Shown here one piece after another: positions 35,301-47,368 of a stretch of DNA of 64,000 nt; positions within the stretch are counted from its first letter, which is position 1; the number at the start of each line of letters is the position of its first letter. The notes under the pieces were generated by a model. The model saw nothing but the letters and a program-made list of their open reading frames with translations, was not told the DNA's origin and ran no database searches. Made by a program: the position numbers and the translations under genes. This stretch comes from Nemertoderma westbladi (taxonomy: Eukaryota; Animalia; Xenacoelomorpha): the NCBI GenBank assembly GCA_032718475.1, contig JAUCBJ010007649.1:1-64000 (forward strand), read 5' to 3'.

Positions 35301-37173
35301 CGCTGTCTCCGCAATTGAACGATGACGGGATTATGGTGATGAATTCCAGAGTGGTAAACAACAATAGCCCAGTCATTCCACCGAAACCCATATTAATCCC
35401 CAATAAATCACCAATAGTCCACCAGATCATATGGGATTCCCATAAATCGATACTACATGGAGGTACCAATCAAACCCTGACGGAGATATGGAAAGCATTA
35501 TGGGTTATCCAACTCAGGAAGATGGTAAAGGTGGTAGTGGGGCAGTGCCAGACCTGCCGATGGACGAAGAAAGAGAGGGCCGTACAGGAGATGGCGCCAT
35601 TACTGGCCAACAGAGTGAGGCATCACCACCCGCCATTTACACACTGCTGCGTGGACATATTCGGGCCGATTAAGATAAAGGTGGTGCGGCATACAGAGAA
35701 ACTCTACGGCATTATCTTTGTCTGCAATAACACGAGGGCGGTGGGAATAGAACTTGCACAGGACGCTACGGCGTCGGCATTTATTAATGCTGTAGAGAGT
35801 TTTGTAACCCGCAGAGGGGGGATGGTAGAGGTGTTATATTCAGATAACGGGACCACCTTCGTGGGCGCAGAGAACGAGTTGGCCGAGGCTCTCGACATCC
35901 TAGAGGGAGAGGATGTCAGGCGGCGATGAGGAAGCATCTCATAAAGTGGGAGAGGAGAATGCCATATGCGCCACATACATTAGGGTGTGTGGAGAGGCTT
36001 GTGGGAAGCTCCAAACGCCTGATGACCAAACTGATGAACAACCATATGGTCACGGAAGACATATTGAGAACGGTGTTAGCCAAGTGCGAGGGGATCATTA
36101 ATAGCCGACCGCTATATCCCGAGAACGATGACCCGGAATCGCTGGACATCCTAACACCAGCTCATTTACTCATGGAGAGGCTAGCGACGATTGCCAAGCA
36201 AAGTGTGGATCCAGACGACATACATTCACGTCAAAGCTGCAAAGTCGCCAAGGCAATAAGTGTGGAGTATTGGACAAGATGGATACAAGAGTATCTTCCA
36301 ACACTACATAAGGTGCAAATGGAGGAATACTAGCAGAGAACTGAAGTAGGGTGACTTGATAATTGTCACAGACGACACAATTATCAATAACCAGTGGAGG
36401 CTAAGCCAGGGTAGTAGAAACCTACCCCAATGAGGATGGAAGGATTAGGTCGGTGGAAGTGAGTATCGGAGGAAAGATAGGGGCCAAAGATAGGAAGACC
36501 TACAGGAGGGCGGTAGGAAAGTGTTGCCTATTGGAAGGGTCGCCTTAGAGTTTAGTCGTCCAATATATTGGACTGAGGGTGTGGGAATGAGGGCGAGACG
36601 CCCTTCCCACACATAAAATAAAAAATATATACAAGCAAAATAATAAAATAAGTACTTAGTACATAGTAGGTAGTACATAGTAGTAGGGTACATAGTACCG
36701 CAGAACCTGTGGGCACTGAGGGCGCCACGTGAGGAATTGAAGGGTATGTACGCATACCATAGTAGTAGGGTACATAGCACCATAGAACTTGTGGGCACTG
36801 AGGGCGCCACGTGAGGAATGGAGGGGTATGTACGCATACCATAGTAGTAGTAGGGTACGTAGTACCAGAGAACCTGTGGGCACTGATGGCGTCACGCGAG
36901 TAATTTGGGGGTATGTACGCATACCGGAGTAGTAGGGTACATAGTACCATAGAACTTGTGGGCACTGAGGGTGCCATGTGAGGAATCGGGGGTATGTACG
37001 CATACTGGAGTAGTAGGGTACACAGTACTGTAGAAACTGTGGGCACTGAGGTCGCCACGTGAGGAACTGAGAAGGCAGATAGGATAATAGCACAGGCAGG
37101 GGGGAACATAAATAAAATAAAACTATATATAACTCGTTTGTATATTATATAATATATACCGTAGTCAAGTACA
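32330..37173 (+). mobile_element. BEL/Pao LTR retrotransposon, 5'-truncated and decayed
   Basis: Degenerate gag knuckle (LCHQC), protease LVDSGA, RT YYLPLH..KLRMVVD..LYVDD, RNase H FSDAS..PKLEL..WTDS..NPADLLSRG, integrase H-H-C-C, DIFGP, SDNGTTF. Confidence 0.93.
36580..37173 (+). repeat. Probable 3' LTR containing about five 80-bp tandem units
   Basis: TGT...ACA ends after a purine run GAGGG; AATAAA near 37110; internal TAGTAGGGTAC...GCCACGTGAGGAA repeats at 36660-37070. Confidence 0.65.
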
Positions 37174-38387
37174 CCCTTTTTCCAATTAGCTACTGGGACT
37201 GGGGACTAATTGACTAGAACAGCAGGATGAGACTTAGACGGATCCCACTAACATGGTGCACACATGTGTGGGACCCAATAAGTGTATGGAGAGTGAAAAC
37301 GAAAATGGGGGAATGGGGGAAGTATGGAGAGGAGGTGTTGGCATGTGAGGAAGTGAAAGGAGTGCAATTCAAGTGTGGGGAGCGAGCACGGAGGAGGATG
37401 AGTCCCAAGGGACTGGTGAGAGAGGAAGGGACAGCAAGGTCCGTGAGGAAGATTTGAGGAAGGTCAGAAAAGAAAATTGTGTGGAGAGTGAGGACAATGG
37501 TCTCAAACAGAGATACCTTGGTGCAACATAGCTCGCAATTGCACCAAGGATGGGTAGCAATAACAGACCCATGGGGGCCGGTCTGGAAAGCCGACCCCGA
37601 GAAGAAAACTCCACCCCACATCCAATATTAGATTGGATTCCAGCGGAGTTGAAGCGCACTTGAGGTTGGTGCTATCTTCTCACCGGGAAGATAGCATGGG
37701 GGGGGAGTGTAAGCGGATTCAATTCCCTACATTACCCACCCAAAAATGGGACCAGTGGCATTTTACCAATATAGTTGGTGATGCGAGATTACCAATAAAT
37801 AATCTCGCCTCATAACCAACTCGAGGGGTGGGAGGGCTACACACGTCCTAAGCGACAGAGAGGGGTGAGAGGTCAAACCACCTCAGAGGAACAACCCAGC
37901 TGGCGAGGCTAGCACCAGGGAGTAACACCTACAGGGAGTGGCAAAGTGACAATTAGTATATAAGCCAATAGTGGGCAGGGAAGCACGTGGGGAAGGATAG
38001 AAGGCCATCCATTGGGTACCAAAGGCCACAGTAGTGTAGAGTTCAAACCAATATAGTTACTATATAACCAATATAGTTACTCTGATTACTGATTTACCGG
38101 TCAGTTCATTATCACACAGTTGCGGACCGGCATAGTTTTGACCATCATTTCATATGTGCTCCTGTCGTCATTTATGCTATACTGATTATTGTTACTATAC
38201 CTGTATACATCTGACTGTGCTATTATTTCTGAGATCATTAATACGGAGAAACAAACTCTATTATTTTCCCCAACGGCCTTCGGCCAATGATACTAGCCCA
38301 GCAACCCAGCAGCCAAGTGACGCGTACAACTTTACCCGGTCGGGATCTGAGAGTCGATCCCGTCACATTAAGTGACCATTTAGCTTT

Positions 38388-38702
38388 GTGATTGTTTGCG
38401 CAGTTCAAATGTTCATCGCATACTGTAGGCTTAATATAGAAACGGGAAAATGGCATGGAGTAGTTAGGGAACAACGTATTTGTAATATGTGTACCAATAA
38501 TTTGGTTGAGGATGATTATCACTTTCTATTACTTTGTAGCCATTATAATGACCTGCGATGCAAGTATTTAGGTAGAAGATATATGGTCTACCCGAGTATT
38601 TTTAAATATACTGAGCTAATGGGTACAAAAACGCCAAATGTAATTTTGAATATTGCCAGGTATATTTTTCACGCGTTTAAACTACGTGCCGTTGCATTGT
38701 AA
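38388..38702 (+). pseudogene. 3' fragment of a non-LTR retrotransposon ORF2 (C-terminal CCHC region)
   Basis: LNIETGKW....REQRIC..C....VEDDYHFLLLC..Y.DLR. Confidence 0.7.
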
Positions 38703-40299
38703 GATGCAGATATCTAATATTATATTTGGTTTATGCAGTTTAACTAACTAACTACTGTAATATTGAATTATGTACTGTATGTGTAGTGTACTTTTGTTTA
38801 TATTGTCTGATTGTGCTGTATGTCAGTGGGTTATATTTAAATTTAAATGGTGCAGTATCAGTGGAAGGTTATCCTTCAACAGGGGCATTAAGTTGACCGA
38901 GTTTGATTATTAAACACACACAATATTTAATAATCGCCAAATTAAGATGAGGCGGTTAGGTGCGTAAATGATCGCCAAATTAAGTACTGCGCACTGGTTG
39001 GCTGAAAATCCAGCTGAGAGAACCGTGGATTCATCTAATCATGTGAGCAGGCTTAGACATTGCGTCATTCTTCGCAGTTTAGTAGCCAGCCATCTTTATT
39101 CTTGTAATTTTGTACTTCTGTTCGTTTGTAAAATTGCTGATTTCTGCTGTTGCTGTTGCTCGATTTATGACTTTGAATATGATTTCTGCTTGGACTGACT
39201 CTTGATTATTTCTTATTCTTGTCAAAATGTAGTAAATCCTAATCAACTATCTTTTTCGACTGTCAAACTGTTTGTCATGCTTGCGCCGATACGGTAATTG
39301 TTTGCTTTAACATGTTGGGCTAATGGTACCGGCAGGCGTCGCGGGCTCACTGTGGAAGCGACGGAATGAAAGGCAAAGGATCCAATGTGTGGCAACGCTG
39401 GCGGGGGCCAGTAGTTGTGGTCGGGCGAACCAAAGTGGAGGACCAGGGACCAGTCGTCATTACGGCTTTTGGGGGCTGGCGAACAAGATTTCGTCTCAGG
39501 TATTGCTTGGCTGTAGCACTGTTTTAATGGGTTTAGCTAGGAAAACCGCATTTAGCTTGGGTGGCCTTGGCTTCGTACACTACTACCGCACTTGTTCTCA
39601 TCAGATAGGCGCTATTCTCGTGATTGTTTCTATTTCGAATTTATGCTTGTTAATTGCTGTTAGGTCAAATAATACAGTATTTAGGCTGTTGCTAGTATAA
39701 CTCAATAGCGTAATTAATTAGTAGTACGCATTCTGGAATACTTAGTAATTAGTACGCAACTCTGTATATTGGAGACACCGAAATTTACTTAGCACTTAGA
39801 ATAAAATTAAGAGATTGTACGCTGCATAGCGGAGAATAGTCTGAGTAATTACGTTTAGAATACTTTAGGATATTCGACACTAGGCGGTTATTTAAAAGTA
39901 GCGGGTTAGCAGGCTTACGGGTAGCTAGAGTGGCACAGTAGTAAAATCGGTGAGTTAAATCAGCGCAAGCTCAAGTTTTCGACATTAGGGCAATTAATAG
40001 CCCATCCCTTTGTCATATTAAAATATTCTCACATTCGACATTGTTCTGCCCGGCAAACTGCCTGTATTTCTCTGTGAAAAGTGAACGCCGAGTGCTAAGT
40101 CACCCGCACTCATATTAAGTAGCTTAGGAAGTCAAAACATATTTATTGTTTTGGTTATTTCTGTTTGGCTTATATTTAGAACAATTAGCTTGATGTGTTG
40201 TAGCTTGATTAAATTTGTTTCACTTGAAAATACAAACATATACCAAAAGGAAGAATCCCCTTTGAGATTTCTTTAATATATTTGAAATAAACTACAATT

Positions 40300-40371
40300 C
40301 ACTCAGGAAGATTCGAACTCTGTACCTAATATATTCAAGGCCTACGGACTAACCTACTATGCTACTGAACC
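40300..40371 (-). pseudogene. Degenerate tRNA-like sequence / SINE head
   Basis: Minus strand TAGCATAGTAGGTTAG (A-box-like) and GAGTTCGAATC (B-box); anticodon arm does not pair. Confidence 0.4.
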
Positions 40372-41445
40372 ATCTGACCTATGTCTGTAAATCATGTTAG
40401 ATATTACAATAATGTATAGTATTTTAAAGGACTCATAGAAATAAAGCATAAAATATCGTAATTTTTAAATTTTTTACACAATTTAAAGTACAAATTACTA
40501 CTTAAATGAAATAATTCCACACTTTCAGAGCTCAAAAAATACAGCTGCACCACGTTTGATTGTTAATATGGAGGGATTAGCCTTATGCGGTAAACCGCGT
40601 TTCCACAAGGGTCCCAAATGTAATAATAATTGGTGTATTCTGTGGGAAGGAAGTTTACTGCAGATTAACGTAAAATAAAAAATTTAATTTTTTTTTTATT
40701 AATTAAAGTATAAAAAGTAGACGTTTATTAAATAAAAGCATAAAAAATAAATCAGTTTATTAAAAAGCATAATTCGCGCTCCTCAGGTCGAGATCCCTAT
40801 GTCTCCTAGGTGGCAGACGCTCCTGGCGTGGTTTAGGTTTCGTGGACGGTGCAGCGCTGAGATCGCTACACAGTTTTAGATCTCCGCGCACCTTCAAACT
40901 GAAAAAATATATATTAAAAATACTTTTCTTCGCTCACTTCGTGGCTCGCCCCACACTATTATTATTGAGAGTTTATTTAAAAATGGTGTTTTCGTTTAGG
41001 CCTATTAAAAGTTTTATAAGATTTGGGTAAGAAGAAAAAGCTCTAGGATATAAAGCTGGGGAACCGCATTCTAACTTGTGGTATAACATGTTAATTGTTT
41101 ATGAATAAAATAATTGTCTTGTCATCGACATCCTGTTGTCTGTATCCGTAATCTGGTTCCTACCATGCAAACAGCTGACTAGTGCCCAGTTGCAGTTAAC
41201 AGTTACTCCCTTTAGATATCAGGATATCCACGTGTGACCAAGGCAGTTAGGAACTTTCAGTCCCATTGGGGCTGGATGTCCATGTCCAGCCCCAATGAGG
41301 CTGGACGAAAATCAAACATCCCATTGAAATTCAATACAAAATGTTATTATAATTGTCGATAAAAAATACAAAACGCCGGCATTATGAAAGTTATATGAGT
41401 AGATAGAGCTCAGTTGGTAGTATCGTTTGTATGTGTGGTGGTGTG

Positions 41446-41664
41446 TGGTGTTCCCCCTGAGGTCTTTAAAATACCTGAGTGTTTAAAGCTCATCTATCCC
41501 ATCATAGTAGACATGTACCGTACAACAAGAGTCCCACAAGAAATGAAAACAAATAAGTTGGTGCCAGTTCCCAAGAAGGGCAAAACACTCTATGGTTCTT
41601 TTCGGGGAATCTCATTGATCTCGATTGCTGCAAAGCTATACAATAGAATTCTATTAAATTGCAT
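41446..41664 (+). pseudogene. Internal fragment of the RTE-like RT
   Basis: Near-identical to 5650-5871 (GVPPEVFKIPECLKLIYP...KLYNRILLN). Confidence 0.9.
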
Positions 41665-41682
41665 GTTTCAATTCAATTCAAT

Positions 41683-42200
41683 CTACGTGGGCTTATTTTG
41701 TTCCATTAGACAAGGGTTGGATGGGAGTGAGGAACGCCCCATACTCTACGTGGGCTTATTTTGTTCCATTAGACAAGGGTTGGATGTGAGTGAGGAACGC
41801 CCCATACTCTACGTGGGCTTATTTTGTTCCATTAGACAAGGGTTGAATGGGAGTGAGGAACGCCCCATACTCTACGTGGGCTTATTTTGTTCCATTAGAC
41901 AAGGGTTGGATGGGAGTGAGGAACGCCCCATACTCTACGTGGGCTTATTTTGTTCCATTAGACAAGGGTTGGATGTGAGTGAGGAACGCCCCATACTCTA
42001 CGTGGGCTTATTTTGTTCCATTAGGCAAGGGTTGAATGGGAGTGAGGAACGCCCCATACTCTACGTGGGCTTATTTTGTTCCATTAGACAAGGGTTGAAT
42101 GGGAGTGAGGAATGCCCCATTCTGTACGTGGGCTTATTTTGTTCAATTAGACAAGGGTTGAATGGGAGTGAGGAATGCCCCATACTGTACTTGGGCTTGT
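41683..42200. repeat. 63-bp tandem minisatellite, about 8 copies
   Basis: Unit CTACGTGGGCTTATTTTGTTCCATTAGACAAGGGTTGGATGGGAGTGAGGAACGCCCCATACT. Confidence 0.95.
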
Positions 42201-42850
42201 TTAACTCATAACCTGTTTATGTAATACACCGTGTAATACAATTACGTAATTATAAGAATCAATTATATTTAGCTAACACAATTGATACTAAATACAATAT
42301 AAATGTTCTTTTATGTTCTTTTATATCAAAGAACAATTCAGTTTTTAAAAAATTGTTCTTTTAACATCCCTGGCAGTTAGTGAATGTTATGTACTTACAC
42401 CAAGCAGCCAAGTACCATGTATGAATTCAATTCGAGAGCAACATGCTATCTTTATTATTGATTATTACAGGAGCCAGCAAGCGAGTTCTATTAATTTTAC
42501 CAACCGTAGTGCATAGTAAGATATAGGCGGAATTAGATTATCTACATATCCTATAGTATAACTATCATCAGTCTATTACTACTCCCACTCAGGTCGTGTC
42601 TAGAGTAGATGTCAATCAATTTTACACTCTAATGGATTCCAGCCAAAGGATGAAATGGGGCTGGATATATTTTAAGGCGGCACCCTTTGTAGTTATAGCT
42701 TGAGACAGTCCAGCCCATCCAAAGGGAGATGGGGCTGGATTGCTAAGCAAACCGACCATTTTCTGCGGCTTTGTCCAGCCCCAATTCAGCTGTCATGGCC
42801 AGCCCCATTGGGACTGAAAGTTCCTAACTGCAAGGCACCAAGGCCTGAAG

Positions 42851-44507
42851 GGGTATATCTTTTGCGTAGAGGTATAGCCTACATAGAGGCTACATGTAGG
42901 TATGTGTAGCCTACATGTAGATGCACGTGTAGGGTGAATGTAGGTAGGTGTAGGTAGGTCTTTAAAAACAACAATGATGAATGAATAGGCCTACACGGGG
43001 TACCCGGACCCGAACTTCCTCGATGAGATGCGAATGCGGCGAACGGGGGTGGTACCCGGAACAACCATGAAGAGATGCGCATAGGGCGGGCGGTGGTACC
43101 CGAAACAACCAGGAGGATATGCGAATACGTCGAATGGGGGTCCCCTGAATACCCACGAGACGGAGCCTATCAATACTACAGTACTGACAAAGGAAAAAAC
43201 GACTGAACGATATACCGATACATACTGTAGATCTTATGATCCTGCGGGTTCAGGCATGGAGGCTAATGACTTTGTATGGGCCGAACGGCCCGAACCTGAT
43301 GTTTCCAGTCAAGGAGGAATCGACTAACGGTTAGGGTTAGAGCTCGTCGTCGGTGTCCATGAGGGTCTGAGGATGAGTGGGTAATTCAACAAAACGCCAA
43401 CAATGATACCGGACTGACTGATTGAACCAGAGTGGCGATGGTAGTCGCTGATGTATATATATTATATATATTATATCATTTATTGATTGTTAGTAGATAT
43501 TTTTTTATAGTATTTGTTTATTAAATTGTTTTCAATGTCTATATTGATAATATTGTGTGCTGTGCTGATTTTACTTATTTTTCATTTTATAAATCTTGCT
43601 GTGGCCGTTTTAATCTACTAAACTGCCGTATCAATTTCATGATATTTTAATGGATATGCAATTTAACTTCTTCTTTCTATTAACTTTCAATGCAATCAAA
43701 TATAACTGTAAAGCTATTGACTTTCGTGTTATTGTTTTGCTGTTACTTCGAGATGGGATTTGAATCCCATCGGATTACTGATTAATTCCCATCATCGAGA
43801 TGGGAATACTTTATAATGAAACAGTGTGGTGGTCCGCGGGATGGGAAGGGATGGGACTGTTGCTGGTTGGTGGAATGTGACTGCCTGAAAAATTAAAACA
43901 AACAAAACTTCCAGAGTTCTATATTTTTACTTTCAAAACAAAACGTCCAAAACATTTCAATGCTGAAGTACTGTTCAAGTCCCATGGATGTATGGTTGAT
44001 AAACAGATAAAGAGGGGCAGAGGGGGGTCAGGGTTTCTGGTAGACTATAGTCCCCGCGATGATGGCTGTTATTCTTGTTTAGGTTACTCTTACTCAATAA
44101 ACATATAAATCAGAACGAGTTAATCTAATGGAACGATGCCTTTCGTGGCGTTAGCATACTCAAATTTATTAGGGCATAATATTTATGACGAGTAAGGGAC
44201 TTTAGTATAATCAGAACGCGATGTTTGATATTTATACAGTACTGCAGTATGCAGTAAAACCTGTTGTCTGACAGCAGACAGGTCTGCATGTTGATGTACC
44301 GTATTGTACCGTGGAGATCAGAGATTATTGCCATACATCCTGATTGACGACCGTGTATCACGTTACTGCAAGTTGACACATAAATTACATTAATATCTAT
44401 GGGACTACACCTACCTACATTCACCCTACACGTGCATCTACATGTAGGCTACACATACCTACATGAAGCCTCTATGTAGGCTATACCTCTACGCAAAAGA
44501 TATACCC
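42851..44507. mobile_element. Non-autonomous Mutator-like element (MULE)
   Basis: About 100-bp TIRs starting GGGTATATCTTTTGCGTAGAGG; 9-bp TSD GGCCTGAAG at 42842-42850 and 44508-44516; no transposase. Confidence 0.9.
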
Positions 44508-45126
44508 GGCCTGAAGTAGTGCTGTACTGGCAGACCGATGTACGGTGTAGGTAGGCCTACCCTACTGCAGTACTGTCTGCTGTTCAGTGTCCAGCCGCAT
44601 CTAATCACAGTAGGCCTACCGGTAAATAAACCTAGAGTTAAATAAACCTGGTGTCAAATAAACCTAGAGTTAAATAAACCTAGAGTTAAATAAACCATCA
44701 TTCACCAAGGCCTGAACGCCATCTAAACAACTATTTTATGTTATTTAGATGGCCTTGTGTGTGAGACACTCGTCAGTAGTACAGCACAGCAGTAGCCTAG
44801 TACAGTATTACAGTCAGATTGTCAGACAGTAGGGCTAGACCTATTAATCTACTGATATCAGGATTTGGAACATTAAAAGCTAAGAACTGAAGAAGTCAGG
44901 AAGTGATACCGGGTACTGGATAATGTGCTACAGTCTGACAGTGATAGGCAGATAACTGGATAAGCATACTGCTGTACTGGGTACTGGCAGACCGATGTAC
45001 GGTGTAGGTAGGCCTACCCTACTCCCCACTGCAGTACTGTCTGACTGTCTGCTGTTCAGTGTCCAGCCGCATATAATTACACTAGGCCAGGCCTACAGGT
45101 AACTACCTACAGCTACTGTTAATACG

Positions 45127-45498
45127 ATGTCTCGAAGCTCGAGTGCGGGTCAGTTCGACCGTCACATAACGATATTCTCTCCCGAAGGTAAACTCTATCA
45201 AGTCGAATACGCCTTCAAGGCGATCAACCAAGGCGGGATCGCTTCAGTCGCCGTCAAAGGCCCAGATACCGCCGTCGTGGTCACCCAGAAAAAAGTCCCT
45301 GACAAACTGATCGACCCGTCTACGGTCACTAATCTACACCGTGTTGAGAACGGTATCGGATGTATGATGACGGGTATGCCTGCGGATTGTAGGAACCAGA
45401 TGACGCGAGCGCGTTATGAAGCATCCAACTGGATGTACAAGTACGGGTATCAAATACCCGTGGATCAGTTGGCGCGAAGGATAGCTGATATTAACCAG
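45127..45498 (+). CDS. PSMA6: Proteasome subunit alpha type-6, exon 1
   Basis: [32 protein letters not shown]...RIADINQ; donor CAG|GTGTGT, phase 0. Confidence 0.95.
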
Positions 45499-46289
45499 GT
45501 GTGTTGCCCGTCTACAGGTATCAATCCAGGTTGGAATTTATGTAGAGTTTGCTCAACATGTGTGGCGCGCATTTAGGACCCTGGCACGAAGGAACAGGGG
45601 CGTGTTTCGCGCATTTAGGATCCTGGCGCGAAGCAACAGGGGCGTGTGGCGCGCATTGAGGATCCTGGCACGGAAATGGATGTCATGTACAGTAGCAAAA
45701 TGCATTGGCATGGCAACATATCCAGCCACTCTACTTGAAATTATACCGGCAGACCGGTCTGCCAGTAGAGCCTATTTTTAAAAAGATTTTAAAAAGAAAA
45801 AAAATTTTCGCTCGCGTTTGTGTATTATGCCTGCCTAGTGCCTACTGTACTGCTGTACGCTCTACTCTTCTTCATCATTCTAATAACGAGATATTAGATG
45901 ATGATGATATTTGATTACAGTGATATTTTAATACAGTATTTGTTTATTAACCTATAGAAGTAGTTCCGTGCCTTGAACTGTTTTGCACTCCCACATTATG
46001 GACAAACCGACAGATTGAGCATTGAAGGTACCGTACCCTATCCTATCCACGTTAATCATCATGGCCAATCAGGCCAAAGTTTCAAAGTCTTGCAAAATAT
46101 GAGTTGTTTGAAAGGTTTTTCAATTGTTCACACCAATAGGCCTATAGCCTAAAACCACGATTCAGCAGATTTTCCGTGCTCGCTACACTCCGATTTAATT
46201 CATAATCACATCTGTAGGTAAAAAATAGTCGGTTGACCAAAAAATGTTAAAATTTTCTTGCTCGCTACGCTCGCAATTTAATCATTATT

Positions 46290-46722
46290 TAACGTTTAAC
46301 TCTATGTTTATTTAACTCTAGGTTTATTTATTTTTTAACTCTAGGTTTATTTATTGTTTAACTCTAGGTTTATTTATTGTTTAACTCTAGGTTTATTTAT
46401 TGTTTAACTCTAGGTTTATTTATTGTTTAACTCTAGGTTTATTTATTGTTTAACTCTATGTTTGTTTAACTCTAGGTTTATTTATTGTTTAACTCTAGGT
46501 ATATTTAACTCTAGGTTTATTTATTGTTTAACTTAAGGTTTATTTATTGTTTAACTCTAGGTTTATTTAACTCTAGGTTTATTTATTGTTTAACTCTAGG
46601 ATTATTTCTTGTTTAACTCTAGGTTTATTTATTGTTTATCTCTAGGTTTATTTATTGTTTAACTCTAGGTTTATTTAACTCTAGGTTTATTTAACTCTAG
46701 GTTTATTTAACTCTAGGTTTAT
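46290..46722. repeat. Tandem 16-24-bp repeat spanning the PSMA6 splice acceptor
   Basis: About 20 copies of TTTAACTCTAG|GTTTAT(TTATTG); the last copy is the in-frame acceptor. Confidence 0.92.
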
Positions 46723-47088
46723 ACCCAGAACGCGGAGATGCGACCTCTGGGCTGCTCCATGGTACTGATCGGCTTCGACGAATCGGAAACTCCCCGGATA
46801 TTCCGGACGGACCCGGCCGGATATTATTCCTCCTTCAGGGCCACCGGAGTCGGAGTTAAACAGGCCGAATGCAACGCATATCTCGAGAAGCGCCTCGCTA
46901 AGATAGAGAACTACTCCTACAGAGAGATAGTCCAGGTCGCTATATCTTGTCTCTCTAGTGTCATCAGCGCCGACTTTAAACCAACTGATCTAGAGATCGG
47001 CGTCGTCACCAAGGCTGAAAAAGAGTTCCGGATACTTTCCGAAGAAGAGATTGATACTCATTTGACAAACATTGCCGAGATGGACTAG
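46717..47088 (+). CDS. PSMA6: Proteasome subunit alpha type-6, exon 2
   Basis: TAG|GTT TAT ACC CAG AAC GCG GAG ATG gives VYTQNAEMRPLG, joining exon 1 into a 247-aa protein ending HLTNIAEMD. Confidence 0.95.
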   Translation, partial: VYTQNAEMRPLGCSMVLIGFDESETPRIFRTDPAGYYSSFRATGVGVKQAECNAYLEKRLAKIENYSYREIVQVAISCLSSVISADFKPTDLEIGVVTKAEKEFRILSEEEIDTHLTNIAEMD

Positions 47089-47368
47089 CAAAGTCGTTGA
47101 TTTGTAGGGAATTAACATTAATATTGGTATGTTGTGCTACTTTAAAGAATATGTTAACTTTGTTTTGTAATTCACGGTTCAGTTGACCCTAAAAATGTAG
47201 ATTTTTCTGTCGAAGTTTCGTTATCATAATATAGAATTGGATATTCTATAGACTATAGTAATTCCCACTTTGGATAATAAAATTCTAAATTTCCTTAAAA
47301 GCTCGATTTTTGAATATATAATCTGTGAATCGGTAGAACCAGTTGTAGGATTCTATATTTTTTGCTAA

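Larger units (their letters stand above)
41244..42830. mobile_element. Non-autonomous TIR DNA transposon with 5-bp TSD (hAT5-like)
   Basis: TIR CAGTTAGGAACTTTCAGTCCCA(T/A)TGGGGCTGG at both ends; CAAGG at 41239-41243 and 42831-42835; subterminal CCAGCCCC motifs. Confidence 0.85.

Noticed and set aside
37200-38050. Purine-rich segment as a minus-strand LINE remnant
   Set aside because: Only a faint LLRARSPHLN resemblance; no diagnostic motif to support a call.
42540-42580. Other CTGATGA sites (3081, 6088, 36020, 42565 minus) as hammerheads
   Set aside because: No stem II followed by GAAA and stem III at the right spacing.
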